Assembly (NCBI RefSeq): GCF_000150275.1
Contig: NW_002060943.1
Location: forward strand, 12,595,694-12,659,693
DNA length: 64,000 nt
DNA from: Trichoplax adhaerens
Lineage: Eukaryota > Animalia > Placozoa
Reading direction: 5' to 3'
The position numbers and the translations under genes are program-made. Position 1 is the first letter of the stretch, and each line of letters opens with the position of its first letter. The notes under the pieces were generated by a model. That model was given only the letters and a program-made list of their open reading frames with translations. It had not been told where the DNA came from and did not search any database. Below are positions 40,398-53,515 of this stretch, piece by piece.

Positions 40398-43300
40398 TTA
40401 TTCAGTTGGTGAACTATGCATAATGTTATTAACTTGCATTATTGAAAGTAGATGGTTATAGTTAAACAGTTTATCAAATTACTCTTATTTAGCTTACGCT
40501 GTTACTATCGAAAATAAGACTGTATTCCCAATACAATAAATTTAACCATCTTAAAATTTTCGATATTTCCGTGCAAAACAATCATCAGGTTAATTTATCA
40601 GTTAGTCAACCGTTCAATAAGTACGAGTATTTACCTGTGACTGATGATTTCTTATTTTGGTTAGCATCCAATGTTTCAGCATTGGGCTTCTCAGCAATAG
40701 GCTATTACAAATGAAGATTTCGTAGATTTAACTAAACTTAGATTTTATTCTAAAATGCTTATTTTAACCCTAGCTACTGGACGAGTATCTTACCCTTGGG
40801 ATAAAACTCGAATCGATCTCCAAACCCATGGAATTATGAATTGTGATCTGGCACAATTCAGGTAGTATAACGGCTGTGCTTCGTTCCTTGCATCGATACG
40901 ATATCAAGATATGGTCCTTATTGTTTAGTCGTAGAGGCCTGACCATTGAATTTTTCTCCCTTTCCAGCTCGTCTAGCATAAGGTGCTTCGGCGTGAATCG
41001 AACTTCATACTGCTCGTTTTCACTTAGTGGAATGGATGCTTTAAAATTATTTGAAATTTCAAGTTGATTGAATCTTGAAGGGTAAGGTTTAGGCTTATAT
41101 TGGTAGCCATGGCGTACGAAAACCAACCGTAAATAGATAGCTTGGCCTGTTGTGCGTATGATGTACGACCGACAGAAGAATAAATGGTCGAATTCGCTAG
41201 TCTTTTCAGGTTGACGATGAGCAGGGTTAGCATCCGTGAATTCTTAGAGATAAAATCAGAATCGAACATATTAGCTTAGAATGTGAGCGGTAATATTTTT
41301 ACTTAGTTGTAGCTGAAGGCAAAATTGAAGTTGCACTACGATTGCAGGTAAATCGATTTAATTGATATGATAAGTGGGTGATTGTCAATAAAAACGGTCA
41401 AAGGATATGTTAAAACTGTTCTACAAATCGGTTGTCAAGGCTTCCAGGAGTTTGTTCCAATAATATTCAATCATGCCTTACTTTGGTAGCTACAGGCGAT
41501 AGATGAAATACAACTTCGATTCAATTGAAGCGTTACAATTTGTAATTCAGCTACAATCTAATTTCACGGTATCGATTTGAAGTGGTCAAGTTCGAGCAAT
41601 CCCTTAATGTAGCTATTAGACCAGAATTACGACGTGACTTGTAAAATGGTTGGAGCGACTGATAGTTTGTATTAGAAACTTGAAAGAAATACAATTATTC
41701 CATCCTGCGATAACAAGGAATCAAAGTATCAAGAGCCAATAGCTCAAGGTTGTACTGATCTGCCTGCATGGAATTGGCGTAGAAATAATCTAAGGCAACA
41801 ACATAATTAAGCATCTTTCAACAATTGTATGTCAAGGGCTTGCCACGCCCCTGTGCTCCCGGTCTATACTGTATACAGTATATTGTTACGTCTATAAGCA
41901 GTCGTTAATTTGATACCCCCATTAGGGTAGGGATTCGAATTGAACAAGCTAGACTTAATTAACTACTCTAATTGTACTCAATGCGATAAGCCGTCGACAT
42001 AATGAAAATAAGGAAAGGAAAAGCAGATTGATACCAAACGGCGGGAGCAAATTTCACTACATAGATTGGTCTAAAATTGAGTTCTTGAAATGAAAAATTT
42101 GTCCATCGGTAACACGATCACATAATGTCTCGTGCCGTACGGACGTCTCATGTACACCTGTACGATACGGTGTTAGGGTCACCTGTTGAACAATTTGGTA
42201 CAGTTATAACCGGCCTGCGACACTTTTTTAGTGACGTCACTATTGGGTACCGTGCGTATCTTTTTGTTCTAGCGCATCGGCCCTAAAAGTCGTGATAGCC
42301 CGGCTACGGATTCAGCGCACACGACTTATTACAGTATAGAATATGAGCACTGAATCGATCATGTTTGATTTTCATGTTACGACGAGAGATGAATAAACTC
42401 ACTCTCATAATTGGTACAGAATGGACACTAGCCATTGATTCATTTCATATTTTTTGAGATATGTCAATCTATGTCGAATGTATCATTAAGGCAGCTTGAA
42501 ATGGATAGGGCTAAATTGTAGACAGGCATTGACGAATGGCTTAAGCACGGCTTAAGTCAGTACAGTAACAATATTCGGAGTCACTGTCGAACAAAGTACG
42601 TAATGGAAAGTATAAAAAACATAAATAAACAACTGCTCTAACGTTGAACGATATCGCAGAATAAAAAATACATATTGGATCAACATCATCCATACTATGG
42701 ATTCCACAATTAATATATGAATGAATCACGATGATCAACACTGTATACCTTTATTAAAAGAACGCTTTCCTGGTGGTGATGCGAAAAATTGATTTTCTTT
42801 TTTGCATTGTTTTGCGTCGCTACCAACGAATAGACTGGATGCGTCATCGCTGTTGAAAATTTCCATTTTTGAAACAGTGACATTTGGATTCATGTTCTCC
42901 AGTAAGTTCTCACAAGGATGATTTGGTTGCTGATAACCCGGCCAAGACTTGATCCTATCGTGATGATGTCCATGATAGAGTATGATGGAATCGACAGATT
43001 CGAACGCGGGATCACCGTACTTGTCGGGTGAATTTTTTCCCATAGTGAAGGTAGTGTTGCGATGCTCCGAGTCAATGTTGTCGTTCGCGGGTTGATAGTT
43101 TTGGTACTGATACGAAGCTCTTAGATAGGTTTGGATAGCGGCTGCGGGAAAACCCAATTTTTGCAGTAAAATCTTCAACCAAAATTTCGGATCCTCTACG
43201 GCTAGGGACAAGCTAGTTTGCCGTCTGAGAACTATCTTCATGCTGTCAGCATTCGCATTAGATCTATTTGCCAATTGGTGAGCAATACTGTCAGCTTTCA

Positions 43301-43556
43301 AATAGGCCGCTTTGGCTTCGGTTGCCATTCCATGTCGGGTATAAATTTGAAAGCTCCAAAAATAACAACCGAATACGATTCGGCGTAATCTCCAATCGAA
43401 GGTAAGTCTTGCTGAAGATTGAATTTCATCGATCACTTTGTCGAAATAGGAATTAGCCAGGTGCGGGTTTCCTTCATCATGGCGCCATCGACAAGCATCC
43501 ACATAGAGATCATAAATTTTTTGGGTATTAACCAACTTGAGAGATTTGTTTGCCAT
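40398..43556 (-). CDS. Gene E: short divergent TPR cap - disordered linker - UPA-like domain, no ZU5 (~452 aa)
   Basis: ATG at 43556 (MANKSLK). Exons 43556-42749 (donor AAAG|gtatac, phase 1), 41242-40794 (acceptor atctctaag|), 40701-40635, and a tentative last exon 40432-40398. The C-terminus YEVRF..L....RC...ELCQI aligns with the UPA-like domain of the other genes. Confidence 0.7.
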
Positions 43557-43786
43557 TTTTTTCTTGGAACTAGTAGACGTTGAAAAAATGTCTAGACGTT
43601 TAGAATTTTTTTTTTCAAGGGTTACATAACCCACTAAATGAGCTATGTTGATGCGTATTCCAACTGACTTCTTGGATAAACTTTGGATTGAATGATAAGA
43701 GTAAACCGATAATGATTCTAATAGCAATTTTGGGGTTCGTCGAAGATGTGAATGTCCGTTGCCGGAGCAGCCGCTTGGAATGTTCG

Positions 43787-44006
43787 TACAGTACAGTAGC
43801 GCAGTGTACTATCAGGTCTACTTTTGCACTAATGGCTAGAATGAAATTAAATGGACGCTTAAGTACTGTAAAAAAAAACGACGAGCGAGTCCTGCAGTGC
43901 TGGAATACTGTATACTTTACAGTACATTGTACTGCAAACTCTTTATCAATCTTGTCCTTGTACGGTACTTTACAGTACTGTAAATTCCAAGCCGGACTTC
44001 CGGAAG
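43787..44006. promoter_or_regulatory. Putative promoter region of gene E with a TACAGTA/TACTGTA cluster and an ETS-type site
   Basis: Seven TAC(A/T)GTA plus one TACGGTA in ~200 bp. ACTTCCGGAAG (overlapping opposite-strand CCGGAAG cores) at 43996-44006. Lies 230-450 bp upstream of the ATG. Confidence 0.35.
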
Positions 44007-47000
44007 GTTGATACATAGTTTACAGAAATGCTTGCATGTTCATTAGTTCATTTTAGACTATTCTCGTATGGTCTAATGTTAATAGTAATGATGAACTGGT
44101 GTACTGTATAGCGATGGCGACCGTATGCTGTATTCAGAACACTTGGGTCTCTAAAATGCATTCCATGATAGACCAGAAAAATTTGTTTATAATGAAAGGA
44201 AACTGACGTCTTGTACACATGGTGTAATGTTTTGCAAAGAAGCCATGTATTGTACCTTGGAAAAGGTACAGTTGCACCCCACTCCGTCACTTATTTACTG
44301 CAATTTCATTTATTGTAAAGTGATCGACTTAAAAATCGTAACTTGTGCCCTACTATTCAATATGGTAAGAGGGAATACAAAACCAATTGCATTACAATGC
44401 AAGTAGTAAATTATTCGCCTACACATTACGCAGATACCGGCTCAATTATTGAATCGCGTTTAACTTCAAGCTACTGTACTAGACCGTTCACTCATGACAG
44501 AACATACTTGAGCTTTATCGATAGCTAGTGATCACGCAAACCTTAGTGAAAACTAGTTTATTGGTAACATTTATTATATCATCCGTCCGCCCATAAATTT
44601 ATTTCGTATTCAAATAATAACTCTATTCAATATACAGTATTCCTAAAACAATAGACCGTTACCGTCACTTTTGTATACTGTAGTATGCAATACTGTCTAC
44701 GATAGCACTGCATGAGGTAAAGTGGGAAGGAAGCGCGCCAATATTACAGTAAATTCAACATTCCAATGTTGATCAATAATAATACTATTCATAAAGAAAT
44801 AAATCGATGAAAATTATTTGACGGTTTACAAGCGATCAGGTGATTTTTTGACTTGTTGACATTTCAATTACTGCAATACAAGCTTTTGTATCTATAGTAT
44901 ACAGCATTATTATTGATGTTCAAACTGGAGAATATTTATAAGAACTTTAAGAAAAAATGTTATACCAACTCGTGACAGAGATGTTATTATAGCATTGCTG
45001 CTATTCAACAGTGGATAAACTAATCAATAGATTATCAAGATTTGCATCTTGTATGAACGGAACTTTAAAGTGTTTCAACCACAAAAACAATCAGAATAGC
45101 AATTGATTTATTAGTATATTATTTAACAATTCTTCTTACAAGATTAATAATCTTGTACAATTAAAGTTTAAAGACAGAGATGACGTGAAGTCGCGAATGC
45201 CATCCTGTTTTATTCAGTAGACCATTCTTCCTACATAATTGCAGATTCAAAGTTTCTAAGAATTCGCATTTACAGTCCGAAAAATTAACAAATGCGCAAA
45301 CACATAGCACCGCTCCTACGTTCAATATTATCGTGTTTATTCAAACGTATGAATTATGGTCATGATCTGTATAGAATGGTAGTCATAGCTTAGAAGTTAT
45401 TCTGACCAATTAGTTAATTATGAACTACTGGGCAGAAAACGAACTGCATAATATAATATTGATCAAATTCAAACACTCATTATAGGTCAGTAATAGCTGT
45501 TTACTTAGATATAGTGACACTTACAAGCCTACTCTTGAGAATCTGAGACATGATTGTTGATTACGGTAGAGTAGCTCAGTCAATAACAGGTAATTAGATC
45601 ATTTATTGCCATTTTTATTGATACAAGCACATACATGTGAATAAATGAAAATCTAATCAACATTTGACGTCAGAAAGGAACTATGTCAATGCTGGCTAAT
45701 CATTTGATGGTTATTATTAAGTATCATCTGATCATATTTATTTCACGGACTACAAAGCAGGCACTGTTCAGTCATAATTGTCGAATAATTACTGTATGGT
45801 ACCGTTGGTACGAGTACCTGTTTGCTTGGAATAACCAGGTAATGCCTCATTATTTTAAGACTGTCAATTGTTTATCGAAATTGACTAATAATATACAAAA
45901 AGTGATGGCCCTTCAAGTAGCAATTGCAACATGGCTGAAGTCAAGATCGTAGCTGAATCACTGCCTAGCGTAAGTTATGCATAAAGTTACTCCTCCTTCC
46001 TATGCCGAAAATAAAAATTTTATCCATGTTTGATGGCAATTTAATTGTGGTGTGGTTCTTTATTCGGACAAGATGCAGTTGGACTTTACGGAGAAAGTGT
46101 ATTTTTGGCGAAAGCTTTTGGCGTTCTGCCTTGCAATTACTAGACATTTACCAAGGATATCAATATCTTAATTCTTTCGATCCTATCACCTGATCGTAAG
46201 AATGAATTTCCAAGTGGTAAATTTTTTATGTTACATGGCAATTGTAATGAAATCTTTCGATAGAAGGAGGGAAGCTATCTTTCAACGATTAGAATGCACG
46301 TGAAATATTTGAAAGCATGTGATCAGAAAATAGAGAGTAAATTATGTATCTATAAATATTTATACTTGATTAATAAAAGTAGAAATAGATTCTAAACTCA
46401 TCATCTTGTAGCACCTTTCACCTTTTACTGTACTTTCATGAATTTTTTTGGATGTAGTCATAATACTCGTACCGTAGCTTTATAACACTTGTACAATAAT
46501 TTTTATTCTTATCACCATGTAATTACATTATTTTTAACAATTTATAATTACTGTATGCATTATTGTATATATAATTTATAGAATCGCTTTCGATAAATAA
46601 TAAGACTTGGCGTGTGTTTGTAAGATAAATAACAACAATTGTTGTACTGCGAAGAAACTAGTCAGCCACTGTCAATAATATCCGAATAGACAAAATTACG
46701 TACACTTTATTACAATGCTTGCACGCATAATTCACTATTATGCTAATATTAATTGCAATAAGAAAGCCCATTTTATACAACAGCCATTGACATACTGATA
46801 ATGTATAATATTTTGTGAATAACCACTTATTCTTGCGATAGCTAGTTGAAGTGTATGTTCTTAAGAAATAAAGCAAAAAATTTTGGTGTAGAATGCCAAA
46901 GCTTGATCAAGAAGTCTACGGTATCTCATATTCCTAGCCATCATACCGGTATATTTAGTCTAAATTCTTCTGTAGTACGTGTTTAGCAGTTTTCGCCAAG

Positions 47001-47583
47001 GCGGTCAAGATGCGCATAAGTGTATAACCGGTACTTACTGAATGAACATCCATTAATTTGTAAATCGTGACTTGTTTTATATAACAGTAAATTCAGTCTT
47101 TCAATATACTTCTAAAAAGGTGCTCACACAATTCATGAGAATTTAATTTTACAATACAGATCACAATTCATGTTTTCACTTTTATAAACATAACTACGGA
47201 ACCATTCAATAAGCAATAGGCCATGCTTCCTATGAAATCTTTTCCTTCACTATGTATAAATATATATCTTATAATCCTAAAACAATACGAATGCTTTCTG
47301 CCTACAGTACTTTACTAATACGAATTAAACAAAGAACTGGATACATAAAGGTAGAAAGTTAGTCAACCATAGGAAAATTGCGCGCATACGGCCAATGAGT
47401 CATAGTTGCTTGTCGTCACACAACTAACTACCCGCGTAATAACGCAAGAAACTCCTCTTCATATGATACAGTACGATCATTCAGTCAAGTTCAAAAAGCT
47501 ATTTGGAATAGCAGTTAAAGATCGCCAACCTTTTCCTAATATCCATATGATCCGAAAAAACAGCAAAATAATCTCTTAAGTCA

Positions 47584-49942
47584 ATGACGGATTCAAATGT
47601 TCGTGATCTTTATCAGAGAGCATGTCAGAGCTATGATAAAAATGGCTTTACTGAAGCTAATTTATGGTTCGAGGAAGTTATAAAATCTATCAAAAGAGAA
47701 ACTCCAGATACTGATTTACTGCAAATGAAGTTCGATAGTTATTTATATATTTCCAAATACTATGGCCTACGAGGAGATTTAGAAAAAGCCAAAAATGCCT
47801 ACCGCAACGCTCACAATATCTATCAAGTGTTCGTTCAATCAGTGGGAAATTGTCACGGAAAATGTAACATAAATAAAGTCGATGAATTAAAAGCTAGCCT
47901 GGCCAAAGTTGTAAAAAATCTGAACTCCAATTTAAAACGTTCATCGCAAGATGTAATTAAGGCCAATATCTATGCCTACTTAGGAGCTGTATATGAATGC
48001 CAATCCAGATATTATGAAGCTTGTTCTAATTATTATAAAGCATATGAAATAAAGAAAAATATTCCAAGCGAAAACAGCGATGCTGTTGCCAAGTTGTTAG
48101 TTTACATTCAGTCCCTTCCTTCACACCAGTCAAATTTCACCAACACTTTGCAAAACAATCAACAGCAGCGTGGTAACTACGAAAAACCAAGTGAAACTAT
48201 TGATGAAAAAGTAACACTTTTAGATAATAAAACAGCTTGCAAAGAGACTGAATCAAATCCTCAGAATACATCAGTTGGCAACCATATGAAGCAATTAGGA
48301 ACAGAGAATCGATTGAATCAAATAAATATCAACTATAATACTGCTAGGTGTTCTTCAGCATCACAGCCGGATCATTTTCGCGGTATAGTACAAAATTCAT
48401 CATTCTATCTATATTTTGATTTTATTTGTCTTTTTTTTTCACCTTATATAAATATACTCGTAGAACACTTTTTCATCTAGAATTTGCTGTCTTAACAGAC
48501 TGTAAATTGCATAAATTAATAGTAGAAAACTGAATAATTAAATACTAGTTTATGTGTATACAGCACGAACAATATTTAGGGATCTAGATTCAACATAAAT
48601 AATTAAAATTGACTTATACGCAGGGAGAGTTAATTAACACGCGTACAGTTACTATTTATATAGTGCTACACTCATGTACTGGTACCGCATTGCAGTGATT
48701 ATTCCAACTTGACCACTACTATCTAACACTTTCAATGATATCTTGCCGGAAAAATTAATTTTGTGTAACATTTACTACTCGAGGATTTTATTTATGCAAT
48801 ATTCTCAGCAATGCTTAATATCCAACTTGCGAATACCGTCATGGGCAGCTAGAATTACTGTACTTTATCTACTGTAGTAGTCGGTGAAACAGTATAAATG
48901 CAGAATTACTTTTGTTAATTAACAACTTCTGTGAGAGAATACGAGTAATTACGGTATCTTCTGTATTTAATATCATACCAGTTCCAGTAATCCACCAAAC
49001 GATTAGAGCCGAATTATACCTTACTATCTGCTCGATTTATATCTCTAAGGTTTAAATAGCACATCTACCCAGCAAGATTTTGGTGAAAGCATTGCACGGA
49101 CTAGTACATGTGTGAATCCTGCTCTATGTCGACCATCCATACAATCTGAAACCACTACTGAATCAGATGGACGCTTCGAATTTCATTCTCATCTTTTAGT
49201 TTTATCGCAGGATATATTTAATGTGAAATTAAAATTCGTGAGACTGGGCCACGTAGATGAATCTAAACCTTTCCCTTCAAAATTGAGATATTTAAAGGTT
49301 GAAAACAATTTCATGGAATACATTACACTAAATGATAGAGATAGTTATGGAATACGATTTGTACCAAGTTGTTTAATATTGAATGAGTTGGCAAGTGAAA
49401 AAAATAATCTGGACAGACCTCTTACACGAGATAATAAGGACATTATCACTATTACTTTACGATGCAAGATACAAGACAACCCCAAGGACTATGCAGAATT
49501 ATGCCAGATCTTCATTATAAATTCCCTAAATACAGTGATCAAGTCGTGCTTCCTTTACAAGGTAAGATGCTCGTATCAGAACTAGGGCTAATGTGAACTT
49601 TTTGAATCGGATTCTTTACTGAATTCTCTTATCCTGTAATATATCTTTTTCGCAACAACAGCCAGATGATGCTATCTTTGATCGCCCAGTTGAGAAATCA
49701 TCTAAAAAAGGTAAATATTTGCTTCTCAAATAACTGACTAGTCAATCTACGCTTTATGCCGCAGACGCGTACAGTAAAACTTGATAACTATTATGAACAA
49801 AAATATTGTTGATATCCATTATAATTAATTATAATTACTGTACAAGTGTACATCCGAGTTTTATTTGCTAACTGAGTACGGCATGTATTTAGTACTTCGT
49901 AATAGTATATTTCCAGCTAGATGTCTAAGCACCGACATTTAA
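47584..49942 (+). CDS. Gene F: short TPR - disordered linker - UPA-like domain, no ZU5 (~461 aa); inverted paralog of gene E
   Basis: Exons 47584-48382 (donor CGCG|gtatag, phase 1), 49050-49561 (acceptor atctctaag|, same as in E), 49662-49710, and a tentative last exon 49917-49942 with AATAAA at 49981. TPR motif ANIYAYLGAVYECQSRYYEACSNYYKAYEI. Confidence 0.72.
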
Positions 49943-52164
49943 TGGTACCGTTGCGTTATGATTCTTAATAGTTAGCTGACAATAAAAACAAACTTGTGAC
50001 ACTGTTTCTTCAAATTATTATCATTATAATTTGTCACAAAGTAGTTTATGGAGTTTTGTTTCGATACTTTGAATAAATTATAACTTAATGAGTGAGTTAA
50101 TAATATGCTCAACGTAGACGACGTTAACGAGCTGCAAAACATCATTAACAGATAATTTCCTTCGCTTCAACGTTATTCCATCTCAAATACGAAGAAACCG
50201 TTATGTTCCCTCGTTCGACACTAGGTCAATCACGTAATACTAGGTTAGACACCGCAAAGTAGCCGGAAGCGTAGAGTCCACTTTTTATTCTAGGTTATTG
50301 TAATATTGTGCTACTTCCAACGCTACTGTATCTAATCACACAAGAAGATTTGCCCTCTCTGTAGCGGTTAAAAATAGTTTATTACTTAAAATACTACTGT
50401 TGAATTTTACAGTAGTAGAATTTCAGATGACGTAATTAGGCACACACAACTAGCTCAAGACTATCGACCCACTCCTACTCCAAGGAGTGGGCCTTTCATA
50501 CATTTCTAGAAACGATTAATGATAAACATGTTTACCCAATCCCTATTTCAGTCAATTCAAGTAATATCTTTTTTTAGCTTCCTATACTACTCCTTTTTCT
50601 AATTTATATTTAATATGGGTCTTGCAAGTGCAAGACCCCAAGCTACGTATGATTGTCATTCCTCACTTTGGGCCAATCATACTTCATTTACTGACACGAG
50701 CCGGTGCCACTTATCAAGACGCCATGCAGTCCCACTTTAGCAGTAAGACTAACATCCCTAGCATTATCCACTAATAATCCACTAGGCCTATAATACCTGA
50801 TAGAGTGCCTCTAATATAAAAACACCGCTACTCTACTATCTCAATGAAACATTATATTTTCAACAACGCTGACTGTGAGCCGGTGACGTGGGAATTCGTT
50901 CTGTCGTCCCGGAATAGTAAATTTAGCCACAAGATATATTTTTCGTAACGTGTCGTCAATTATCACTTCGTAAAACCAGATCAATGCTTGACCTAGTTAT
51001 CCTTTGAGATCATTGCAATGTTATATCTCGTATTATCTAGCACCTATACGAAATCCAATCGAAGATTCGAAGATTAATAAATTGGAATATGAGCAGTCCA
51101 ATTCTAACTGGACGACTAAATGTCAATTTAATACTAAACAGTTTCTAGGATGCTTCTTTCATGTTATGACTATGTAATATAACTGCATAATAATTACGTA
51201 ATAATTGCAACTCTCTGTTCATTAATTAACTTAATCAATTTCCATTTCAATTACAAATTTACCAAATGAAAAGAAGAACCTAATCGGACAAAGACCACTA
51301 CAGAGCAAGGTTAGGACTACGCCATTATGTAAATTAAGCCATGACTGAAAAGTGGCATACAAGTTACAGTACGGTGTACAGTAGGCCCAGCCATAATAAC
51401 CCCGATTACTCAGATACTCAGCGTAAATAGCTTAAACGATGATACATTATTCTAATAGTGTACAGTAAAATAGCCATGTTGGCGGCATTTAAATTCATCA
51501 TTTATTCTACCGATTTTAAGCTAATTCATGATCATGAAAGAAACTAAAACTCTGCCAAGCTTTCTCGGAAATATTTTTATTCATCTTGAGCCTGCTATTA
51601 ACAACGCACTTCATTGATCATTGATTGTGTAGTTTACAGTTAGTAGCCACAACCGTTTTTACACTTCGGCTAAGAACAGCCGGACAGTATGGTACTCGTA
51701 CAAAACGCAAAGTACCGTCCTATACAGTACTGTATGAAACCTAGTCATGCCCCTACACAAGAGAAAATTTTTCCCCACGCCGCTGATGCTTTAGTGTTCC
51801 ATAACTGAAATTTTAGTGGTTTAATTTAATAATCAAGTGCAAAACTGGCCGGTCTACTGTGCAGTGCACCAATAAGGCAAAAGGAATAACCAGTTAAATT
51901 ATTGTAAAAAAGAAAACCGTCAGCGCAGCGACGGGCTTGCAGCTACAGTAATCTCCGGCATTTTGTACTTACTGTATATTATAGTACCTGTTGCTGAAAC
52001 CAGTCATTCAGTAATTATAAAATGGCTGAGTGTATACTGTAGTGTAGTGTACACTGTACACTAGTGTACAGTACTGTACTGTACGTATACGAACGGCGGC
52101 TATGGATGGACAGAAAGATGGGCTATCTGAAAGACTTACTTTCCGGTGACATTATAGGCTATAG

Positions 52165-52313
52165 CCAACAGGTAGGTTTAGTTTTGAAGGCACTTTTGAT
52201 ACAATCCAAATCGATCAAAACTAAACCTACCTGTTGACACAGTTCAATTCTATCAAAACTAAACCTACCTGTTGACACAGTGCAATTCTATCAAAACGAA
52301 ACCTACCTGTTGG
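52165..52313. repeat. Fold-back / MITE-like repeat: 23-bp inverted arm plus 2.6 tandem copies of a 38-bp unit
   Basis: CCAACAGGTAGGTTTAGTTTTGA (52165-52187) is the reverse complement of the core of the units at 52214-52251, 52252-52289 and 52290-52313. Confidence 0.8.
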
Positions 52314-53515
52314 TCGAACGATAAGCCTGGATGATTCTTACTTACATTTAGTAAAATTGATAAATACTAGTTTACAAATAAAAATACACCACCTAACCGC
52401 GAAATGAATACTGTAGTTAATACAATCTACCGTTGCTACACACTTGACACAAATGGTGCACATTGACCGAATCAGATACACGTATTTATGTTAATCTATA
52501 CTGTATATTATTATTATGGATGATAGTGATGGCCAGATGTCGGGCATTGGCCGTAACATGCATATCACTGTATTTCGTGAAATTTTTATCCGTGATTCTA
52601 TTTTACTTTTCAGTTGTAAATTTAGTGCCACAACTACTAAACCTAGTTCTCATCGGGGTATAGATTAAGATTAATCAATTATATTGATTAGTGTCACACA
52701 CCACTAGTAACAAAGTAGTCTACACACGCCAATCCTTGCGGAGAACGCCACTTACTAACTTAAGAGGCGAGATTAGCTATATCACCAAATAATTCAGTTC
52801 CAACGACCGAATACTATGGTATAATTATAGCGTCACAGATAACAATTAGTGAGTAACTTGCTACGGTAATTGACTTTCATACAAAGGAAGGTCCTTAATT
52901 ATAACGATTTGTATCTTTAGGCGCTTTATTCTTAATTTGTACAATTGGATATATCAAAAGAAAGGCGATTTCAAATATTTACCTTACCAGTCTACGCTGG
53001 TTGAAAGCTCTTGTAGTACCACAGTATCAAATTTGTTCTAAATTTTATATGCACTATATACATTTACTTGCAAGATTATTGATGGTACAATCTTGAGTAA
53101 CGGATTACACACAGTAGTCTACTCTTACCGCATTGTTGAATTACTTTACGACCTCTGATCTCAAGTGCTATTCAATGTCCGATCGATTCAAATAGGATAC
53201 AGGTCACGTAGAATGATGGTCTATTAGCATTAACTATCAAGTTTAACCCCGAAAACCTGTAGCAATCTTTTCAATAACGAACAGCACTTTTGAATAATAA
53301 ACTAATCTGAATACCTCTTTTTACGGAAGCTTCTCAGAAATCGCTCTGTCGCTTAGTCTAATTATATGTTTCAATATTGTTGCGTTAAGTTGATTTGCAA
53401 CTGATCTGTAATAGTTTAGTCAAATTGATGGTCAGAACGATTAAACTTAAACTCCTACTATACAGGATTATATTAACAGCTCAAGTGAAATATTTTTTAT
53501 TGCATCTAATTCTAG

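Noticed and set aside
42735-43727. ORF-track starts at TTG/GTG and ORF tails past splice donors (also ORFs at 8560, 9865, 10837, 23934, 40770, 49112, 53395, 59655, 60150)
   Set aside because: These are exons. The ORF ends run into intron or UTR sequence, and splice sites conserved among paralogs give better boundaries.
43615-44528. Overlapping ORFs on both strands upstream of gene E
   Set aside because: Translations are dominated by the TACAGTA motifs (TV/YC/QY); no domain signal.
42229-45672. Two full CRE palindromes TGACGTCA (42232 and 45665, the latter near the mirror axis)
   Set aside because: Two hits of an 8-mer in 64 kb is close to chance; no independent support.
52214-52313. 38-bp repeats as a CRISPR array
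   Set aside because: Contiguous tandem units with near-identical 'spacers', no cas genes, and a eukaryotic intron-containing context.
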